DNA of 64,000 nucleotides from Octopus vulgaris (Eukaryota): NCBI GenBank assembly GCA_951406725.2, contig OX597819.1, positions 22,692,001 to 22,756,000 of the forward strand, read 5' to 3'. Shown piece by piece: positions 55,225 to 64,000 of this stretch (position 1 is its first letter; each line of letters starts with the position of its first letter). The notes under the pieces were generated by a model. It saw only the letters and a program-made list of their open reading frames with translations, ran no database searches and was not told where the DNA came from. The position numbers and the translations under genes were made by a program.

Positions 55225-55332
<108 letters not shown>

Positions 55333-56173
55333 ATATGTATATATATTAGAAGAAATGAGGTACTCAGAAATTCGGATGGTTTTATATTTACAGATATTTA
55401 TTTGTATATTACATGTTTTTATACATCATATATCATAATCCAGATTCTCCATCCCATGTAAGCACAGGAATCAAGCATTGGATGTATATGGGTGTGCGTG
55501 AAGGTGCGTGGCTTAGGGGTTAGCGCATTGGACTCACGATCGTAATATCGTGAATTCAATTCCCAGCGACGCATTATGTCCTTGAGCAAGACACTTCATT
55601 TCTTCATTTCTCGTTGCTCCAGTCCACTCAGCTGGCAAAAAATAAGTTGTGTCTGTATTTCCAAGCGCCAGTTTTGTCACATTCTGTGTCACGCTGAATC
55701 TCCCCGAGAACCACGTTCTGGGTACACGTGTCTGTGGATTGCTCAGCCACTTGCACGTTAATTTCCCGAGCAAGCTGTTCCGTTGGGACCCTTGTTGTCG
55801 TAACCGATGTAGTGCTCCATTGTGGAACCGCAATGGCACCATGGTTAGGACAGCGGACTAGCGGTCACAGGATAGCGGTTTCGATTCCCAGACGGGCTTT
55901 CTGAGTGCTTATTGAGCGAAAACACCTAAAGTCCTACAAGGGGGTGACGGCAAACTCTGTTGTATTCTTTCATCACTACTTTCTCTCATTCTTTATTCCT
56001 CTTTCTGTTGTACCTATATTTCAAAGGGCCAGACTTGTCACGCTGAATCTCTCCGAGAATTGCGTTAAGAGTACACGTTAAGAGTACATGTGTATGTGTG
56101 TGAGTGTGTGTTTAATACAGTTTACTTAACAAATTTGGTTCTTCATCTGGTACAGCTTATTATAGAGATATTT

Positions 56174-56460
56174 TCAGCCATTCAATTTGGGGCAGAACTT
56201 AGTTATGAAATATTTTTCCATATTCCTCCTGAAGGATGTGTCATTCTTTGGACATTTGTAGAAGGGAAAGATCTTAAATTTTCCTTCTCCACATGTATCT
56301 AGGTGTTTACTCAGTGGTATCTTGCGCCGTTCTTCCTGTCGGACATGTTGTCGGTGAATCCTGGCTCGTTGGCATAAAGAATTTCCAGTTTCACCTATGT
56401 AATCCTCCTTGCACGTGGTGCAGGTTATGCAGTATATTACGTTCTGCGTCTTGTAGTTCA
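56174..56460 (-). mobile_element. Penelope-like GIY-YIG endonuclease fragment, open frame, truncated at (TA)n
   Basis: NVIYCITCTTCKEDYIGETGNSLCQRARIH...LSKHL...RRNMEKYFITKFCPKLN. Confidence 0.9.
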
Positions 56461-56468
56461 TATATATC

Positions 56469-56521
<53 letters not shown>

Positions 56522-56957
56522 TCCCATACATTCATACGTATATATATATAATAATCGTTAACCAAATTAGTAATCATAATATATCTTATGGTGTGGATGA
56601 TTTCAATTCAACTTTAGCCTCCCCATTCTTATAAACAATAAGTAGATATTTAATTCGTATTGTGAACGCATGTGCATCAAACCACACTTGTATGTATGCT
56701 TATATATCCGTGGATGTTTGTAGGACTAATGTGCGTGCGTCATACAACCTAAGGGAGGACGTTTATACATTCGTATCTGTCAACGGTTATATTTAATACT
56801 TTTGTCTCTGTATTGTGCATTCGTTACTTTTTGCATCAGTTATTTATTATCGATCTTATATAAAGATGAATCTGTATCGTTTAATTTGTTGTTTTTCTAT
56901 ACACAAACCGAGAAAATATATTGCGGAACAGTTGTTATTTTAACGAGATATATCTTG

Positions 56958-57051
56958 TAATCACCTGAAGAGACACCTTACACCGTCGGATACTCCTAAA
57001 CCAGTTGTTATGTATTCCACCCGTGAGAGATCGAAACAATTGTAGTGATTA
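56958..57051 (+). ncRNA. Type I hammerhead ribozyme, canonical core, followed by AATAAA
   Basis: TAATCAC-CTGAAGA-ga...tc-GAAA-CAATTG-TA-GTGATTA; 7-bp stem I and palindromic stem III. Confidence 0.85.
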
Positions 57052-57689
57052 ATAAACTTTCTCGTATCTTCCATTTTCTGTCCCTCTCATCGTTCATGTA
57101 TATTCAAATGTGATTTAGAAGCAATCCTCGTGTTTTAAAGACCACGCAAACACCCGGCGCTTTGAAAATGTAATCTCCACCGCGCCACTTCGCAGCAGAT
57201 CGGTGAACAAGCATGGCCCATTCATTGTATATACGGGTTCGATAATCTATGTATGCTTGTGTGTGTGTATCTGTGTATGTGTGAGTGAGTGCGTGTGTGA
57301 AGTTTATGACGGGCTCCTTTCAGTTTCCATCTACCAAATCCACTCACAAGGCTTTGGTCGGCCCGAGTTTATAGCAGAAGGCACTTTATCAGGGTACCAC
57401 GCAATGAGACTGAAACTTCTTGCCACACAAACACAAGACTACAAATATATTTTTACGTACGTTTCAAAGAAAATACAGCAGAGGTCGCCATAACAGTTTT
57501 CATTAGCAGACATTAGTTATTCAAGTTGCGCATATCTGTAGATTAACACTTTGTCCATACAAACAAATGACTCAACAGCGCAAGCGACACATATGCGCCA
57601 TCGTTCGACACTACTTTAGAATTCTCTTTTAAAATTTCAGGCATGCACTGTACATGCACTTAATCACATCAACTCTCATTTCGTCTCAT

Positions 57690-58340
57690 TTAGTCACTTT
57701 CATTTGTTCCCAACAACTGTGTTTCATTGGACGGAGGAAGTGGAATTCGGAGTACTCCAGATCTAATCTGTATGGAATATAGGGTACCAATGAACAATCC
57801 CATCATCTGATTTCTTCATTTGTTTCCGAAGACGTATGTTAACACGTATTGCTATGGCAAATGTAGACCTTCCTCCTAATGGATTCTCTAAGCTTTTTGT
57901 ATGACTCAGTTTGTACCGCTGTTCACTTTACATCCATGATTTTGAAAATCAAGGAATATGACATACTTCCCATTCCTCAAATCAGTCACCATGGTTTTCT
58001 GTGCTGATCCATATTCCATGAAATTCTGAGGTGCGGCGCCTTCATTTCTGGGACATGAACATGTATTTCATCCTCAGTAACCAGATCCCGTAAAACATTG
58101 CCTTTGTTTTACTTCTATCTCTTCGAGTAGAGAAGAATAGTCTTCCACCCAGCTTTCCATCTTATACTCGGTCAATTGTCCAGTTACTCATTTTGCTCAC
58201 AACAGAGTCCCTACCATTTCCTGTTAGGCACTGTAACCACAGTCCAGTTGTACAGTAATCTTATGAGTAGTAACTCGTCTGTCGGCGCAAACAAACTCCT
58301 CTATATCTGGATTGTCTGCTGCCCGTACTTTGAAGTCCGT
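57690..58340 (-). mobile_element. Highly decayed mariner transposase
   Basis: IEEFVCADRRVTT, DLVTEDEIHVH, VIFLDF, IPYRLDLEYSEFHFLRPMK (resembles PYSPDLAPSDFHLF). Confidence 0.6.
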
Positions 58341-58399
58341 TAACAGGGCATATGTATGCTGACAACAATAACATTGCTTATTCTTCCCCTTGGTGGATG

Positions 58400-58545
58400 A
58401 GATGGGTGATGTATGTGAAGTATCTCAGAGAGACTAAGCTGGCAACTTCGAGGTTCAGGTAAAGGAATCTTGTCAATGAAAGTCCATTTCATGTTGAATT
58501 TATTCCGAGTATCGTTGAGTCTACAGATAAAGCAATTTATATGTT
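58400..58545 (-). mobile_element. Penelope-like GIY-YIG C-terminal remnant
   Basis: FICRLNDTRNKFNMKWTFIDK..RSCQLSLSEILHI. Confidence 0.55.
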
Positions 58546-58586
58546 TGTGTGTGTTTGCATGCATGCGTACGTATGTATGTATCTCG

Positions 58587-58631
<45 letters not shown>

Positions 58632-59074
58632 TGGGTGGGTGCGTGTGTGTATACGTGTGTACATACGCTTGAACTTGGATGTATGTCAACGAATGTGTGA
58701 ATATGTATGGTTACTACAAATCTTGTAATTCATAAATATAGCCAGAGAATACTTTGCATGAAAACCAAATGGCAGTTTTGACATGAGCGTTCTATTCGGT
58801 ATTAGTCAAGACATTTTCCATACAATAATATTGCATCCGTATTGAAGAGAAAATATATTTAGTTCAATTATCCATTTGCGTAGGCTTCGTTGACGTCATG
58901 TACGATTGAAATATATCTAAAGTTGTCAGCCTTGTAATGAAATCACTCTTCCATTCTTTAACGTCTGCAATGTCCGCGTACTACAGTTGATTTATTCGTT
59001 GTTCTTTAAAATGTCAATATTGTCTTCCTCTCATGGCCTTACTTTATCTTTAAAATATTTTTTCTCTCTCTTCA

Positions 59075-59410
59075 TCACGGCAATAATGAAAGTGTAACCT
59101 CTCGAAAGAGCTGTTCTTCACTCCTGCTCCAGAGCGTCGGCTGCGGGGTCATTCCGAAAAGCTCTACCTGCGACGATTTCATCTCAATCGAAGGAGAGGA
59201 GCTTTCTCCGTCCGGGTTGCGGATCCGTGGAACAAGCTGCCAGACGAGATGGTGAAGATGCCGACGACTGCTTTGTTCAAAGCCTCCCTTGACCTCAAGT
59301 GGCCTGAACTCTTTACATGAACACCACCCTGTACTTAACTCCATGTCCCCCTACATGGCCTTGCTATTTGCTTTTGAGCCAAATTAACTAACTAACTAAC
59401 TAACTAACTA
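59075..59410 (+). mobile_element. CR1 LINE 3' end with (CTAA)n tail
   Basis: RLRGHSEKLYLRRFHLNRRRGAFSVRVADPWNKLP; tail AACTAACTAACT. Confidence 0.85.
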
Positions 59411-61289
59411 CTCAAATAAATTTGTTTACAGCATTGGCCTTATTATATAGCTTTAGGAAATCGACGATCATATATTAGCATTTTGAATGATTTTTTTTTT
59501 TCCTTTTCCCCAACATTCATACATTAATTTTTGGGGAAAAACATGGAAAAATAGCAGGACAAATAGCCTTATCCCTTTCATGTGCTTTTTTTAAGTATCA
59601 TTTTCCTCGAATTCTATTCCTCAACTCACTTCGTAGAAAATTGGTTATAAATTTTGGCTCAAGGCCAACAATTTGGGGGAGGGGATGGAGTAAACCGATT
59701 ACTGGAACTTATTTTATCGATTCCGAAATGATGAAGGTCAAAATCACTTTAAGACGCTTTAAGACGACGAAAATATTTTGACAAATTAAACTTAAATGTT
59801 GAAGTGAATCGATAAATGTATTGTTAAGATTAAATAAGAGCGTAACGGCAGACGAAATACCGCTAAGTATTTCGCCCGGCGTGCTAACGATTCTGCCAGC
59901 TCGCCGCCAACCATAATTATAACATTGATGTTATACTTACTGTATACCAACTTTTGCACTGGCCTTTACATATATATATATAGTAAAAAAAGAAAAGGAA
60001 TTTCGATAAAGCGTTTTCCCCCACCTGGTGAGGCGCAATGCAAAACTATTTCATAAAAGAAGTAAAATGCACACAGCTAGCATAGTTTTAGGATATTTTA
60101 TATGGTAGTCTCATGGTAGACGACTGTTTCGCGTTTCCCTAATCATGACATAAAAAATTATTGCAAAACGTTTTTACTCCATGTTCTTGTATGGGACTCT
60201 GTAAATGAATCAATATGTAGAAAAAAAAATCTCAGGGGAGGTAAACTGCTGATTGTTATTATTTGAGACAGGAGAGGTTATTGCACATTTTTCAGATGGG
60301 ATTAACTTACATAAGCTCGTGGATTAAAATATTTACTGAAATCAAAGTGGGCTATGCGTTCATTTACCTTAAATAGTACGGTAGTTGCGCACGCGAAAAT
60401 TCAAATTTTATATCATTCTTTATATCTTTCTTATTAATCTTCGGGTTCACAAATCTGAAAATCCACAAAATATCCGTAGATTATATATAGTAATAAGAAA
60501 AAAGACTGCAGAATTGAGTTAGCAAACTCTTTTTAATGCATTGTTTACAATTGTTTCATCCATATCCATTAAATTCAATTTCAGATTTATTCTCATTCTC
60601 TGTGCAAGTTTTCTATCACACCGCATAACGGAATTCTCTCCTATGATCTCTGCAAAAGCAATGTGCTGATCGAGTTTGCTATTTCGCTTTTAAGTAGCTT
60701 CACACAATTCTGAAATGGATGATGCCTTCTAATCACTTTCATTGAATATACTTAGAACATGAGTTAAATATTTCAAGGAGTAATATAGCAGGGTTTTACA
60801 GATAACTCGGTTTTTACCTTGATAATTGGGTTTATCAGCACAACTATGTATTTCGCTGTGTCAATGTAAATAAAATGATTAGATGTCTTTAGATGTTTTA
60901 ACAATCAAGTATTCCAAGGCCGTCACAGATATGATCTGTTGCTCGGCCAGCAGGCTTATTTTCGGAACCTCAGCGGTCAAATCTTTTATTGAATCCAACA
61001 ACCAAGACAAAATCGTCGAATAAAGAAATCAATTGCATTTAGTTACACAGATATATATTCTTACGCAATCACACATCTATTGTGAGAATTATTTCATGCA
61101 TATAGACACACCACTGCTATATACCATCACACGTAATTATACATATATGTAAGCAAACATTCTTACCTTATTAAATATATACAGAGCTACATATATGCAT
61201 GAACACTTATGCACCTGTGTACACAACCGTTCACTTGCACATACATAAATTTCAATAATTTGATATTCTTGTTCTTCTGTTCCCCTGCA

Positions 61290-61760
61290 TAATTATGCGT
61301 ATACTTGCTCAGCGCCGCCGCGAGCGGTACATCATTTGAACGATGTGGAGAATATTCCGCCAGCATTGCCGAAACGACCGCAACATTAGCTTCAAAATTC
61401 ATTGACGGCTAGGACCACGGGCCACACGTCCCTTACCCAATTCAGGAACACAATGCATAAACTGCAACACAATTTCTTTTCTTCAACAAGCCCTGTCCTA
61501 TTTAAAATTGACCCAAAACAGATCAAAAAGGAAAAGGACCCCGTCACTTTTAAACGGAATCTCCACAAATTTTCTTCAAATAATACCAGACAAGCCACCC
61601 ATACCTAGCTACAACTCACTCAACAAGAACCCCTTACTCAAATGGAACATAATACCACAAAACTTGACTTAAAAGGGATTTAGATAATCCTGTCAGGTGG
61701 TTGTATTAATTTAGAGATGGCCTGCCACAATCTTTGGTCGAAACATATCTAAGTTTTATA
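61290..61760 (+). mobile_element. CR1/L2-like LINE 3' end
   Basis: LQHNFFSSTSPVLF..KEKDPVTFKRNLHKF..IPDKP. Confidence 0.6.
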
Positions 61761-61819
61761 TAAATTTTATATATATATATATGTATGTATGTATGTATAT
61801 ATGATGTATATATGTATGC

Positions 61820-61876
<57 letters not shown>

Positions 61877-62079
61877 TAGGTGAATGAATTATCCTATGTT
61901 TATCGTCAGCATGGAAAATTCGTTTAACCGAAACCTGGGTAGCAAATTCACGTCAGAAAACACGGTTGAAGCGACCTGTCAAGGGTAGAAACTCCGGGTT
62001 TATGTTTAGAAATTTGTGTGTTATATATGAATAAATGAAAGAATGGAGTTGAACGAAGATGTTAACAAAATTCCTTTAC

Positions 62080-62159
62080 TCTCGACACATGTTTCGAAGA
62101 CTGCATGTTTTCATTTCAAAGGAATAAAGGGTGCATTATGCAATCTTCTCATCGGGAAA
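62080..62159 (-). ncRNA. Type I hammerhead motif, U4C core variant, in a (TA)n-anchored PLE-like element (~61875-62185)
   Basis: Minus strand: TTTC-CCGATGA-GAAGATTGCAT...ATGCAGTCTTC-GAAA-catgtg-TC-GAGA. Confidence 0.7.
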
Positions 62160-62302
62160 TCGTTTATTTACATTCCCATAATTTACTGGTTTGACAAGAA
62201 GAAACTGATAGAATAAATACCAGGTTTATCAAAATAAAAATGCACTAGGCAGTGTCTCCTATCTTTGTCTGCCCACTCAGTTGTATCTATCAATCTATCT
62301 TT

Positions 62303-62334
<32 letters not shown>

Positions 62335-62350
62335 ATACACACACACACAT

Positions 62351-62415
<65 letters not shown>

Positions 62416-62631
62416 GTACTTGTTTCAGTCATTTGACTGCGGCCATGCTGGAGCACCGCCTTTAGAGTGGTGAAAGAGTACAGCAGGGATCACCACCACC
62501 ATCCCTGCCGGAGCCTCGTGGAGCTTTTAGGTGTTTTCGCTCAATAAACACACACAACGCCCGGTCTGGGAATCGAAACCGCGATCCTCCGACCGCAAGT
62601 CCGCTGCCCTAACCACTAGGCCATTGCGCCT

Positions 62632-62680
<49 letters not shown>

Positions 62681-62697
62681 ATATGTGAATATTCATA

Positions 62698-63350
62698 TCT
62701 ATTATATAAAAGTCAATGTCTTTATGTGTGTTTGTGTGTTACTTACACATTCGAAAACCACTGCACCGATCCTGATGAAATTCAGAACACAAAATCCAAG
62801 CCTAGGGAGAAGGGTAATGCTGTGTGTTTCATACAATTTCATGGACCAAAATTACTGAATGGATCCTTATGATATTTCGAAATTACATTCAATGCATAAG
62901 GACGAGTATAATGCAATATGTTTGGTTTGAATTTGAGATAGCTTAAAGGGGGCGGAATCCCCATGAAAATTCATAAATTTTCGATTTTGAGGAAATTTTA
63001 ACCATGGGTAATTGACACACATCAAGAAGTATTCTCAAAGTTTCCACTTCTTATGAGCATTCTAACACCCCCTAATGAGAGCCTTAACTCCCAAATTCTA
63101 GTCATTTTTTTATGATCCAAAACTAGGTCAAAAGTACTGAATGGATCTTTATGGAATTTGAAAATTATATTCTTTGCATAAGGGCCATAACCCCCATGAA
63201 AATTCATATATTCTGGCTGTCGATGAAATTTTTACCATAGATATTAGACACAAATGAAGTAATATTTCTAAAATTTCATCTTCTTAGAAGTTAGAAAGAC
63301 CCCTCCATGGGGACTTAACACCCATAATTTAGTCATTTTATCTAAGCAAA
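62698..63350 (+). mobile_element. Non-autonomous Helitron-like 5' region with internal repeats
   Basis: A|TCTTATTATATAAAA + (TG)-rich start as in the 33866 element; repeated TACTGAATGGATC..ATG and CCCCATGAAAATTCATA blocks. Confidence 0.5.
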
Positions 63351-64000
63351 AACGAATACCTTGTGCTCTTAGAAGCTGTAGGGTCACCTGAGCATAAAAG
63401 ATGAGCATTATTTGTAATTAAATGGTACAACAGTGTAACAGTTTGCTTTGAGATGTACTTAGATTGTGATTTCTGCAATGTGATGCATAAATTGTCAAGT
63501 AAATGAGAGGCATTTTTGCCTCCACTGATTCAGTTGCAAAGTGTTCAGTAAATTTATTTGGTTGCAGACCTCCATTGAGTCTTTTTTATTACCACCGGGT
63601 CACACATAGTCCCCAGATAGTAACATTGATTTCAAGGCCTTCCAAGATGAGTGACTGGTTATTCAAAGACATTTATAGATTGTAAATTTATTCTGTCCAG
63701 TTACCTATCGGTATAGTGGTCATTTGCATACTCCAGAGGTGACACTTTCATTTCTCCTTAGCCCCCATGTCACACAGTTTTTGATGTTTATTTCAGTAGG
63801 GTCACGCCCTTCCAATTGTTATAGATCCATAAAGCATCTTACGACTGTGCCTGTCACATGTTTGGTGAGGAATCCTACATTAGAAGTGGTAACGACTATG
63901 GTAAGGTAGCTGACTGCTTATTGTGATCATTCGGCTTTTTGTTTCCTGTAGCTTTGCTCTCTCTTTTAGAAACCCAGTGAACATACATATATTTCCTATT

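Noticed and set aside
63797-63900. Open AG..GT segment resembling an exon
   Set aside because: No link to the gene model and no recognisable protein; probably TE-derived; cannot be supported at the window edge

Overview
AT-rich eukaryotic DNA packed with microsatellites and transposons. The SINE, R4/Dong, Penelope, Tc1/mariner, CR1 and Helitron families look like those of octopus, but the species assignment is my inference. Almost all of the supplied ORFs are microsatellite artefacts or transposon debris. Two things stand out. (1) A spliced plus-strand host gene that the ORF track misses. It has a signal-peptide exon (12636-12714), a Cys-rich exon (15621-15743) and two paralogous copies of the last two exons (24169-24300 + 28893-28960, and 37433-37564 + 42197-42264). 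All introns are phase 1. The model gives two alternative 133-aa secreted proteins with 12 Cys, and the paralogous exons differ almost only at amino-acid-changing sites, as in toxin or defence peptides. (2) About 19 type I hammerhead ribozyme (HHR) motifs, read by eye, in non-coding Penelope-like (pLTR/retrozyme-like) units. These form tandem and head-to-head arrays, mostly inside (TA)n, and include natural C3-G8 to U3-A8 core covariants. Different retroelement families occupy different microsatellites: TAA, TA and GATA. Several short chimeric duplications look like assembly or polishing artefacts. Everything was read manually, and TE boundaries are approximate.
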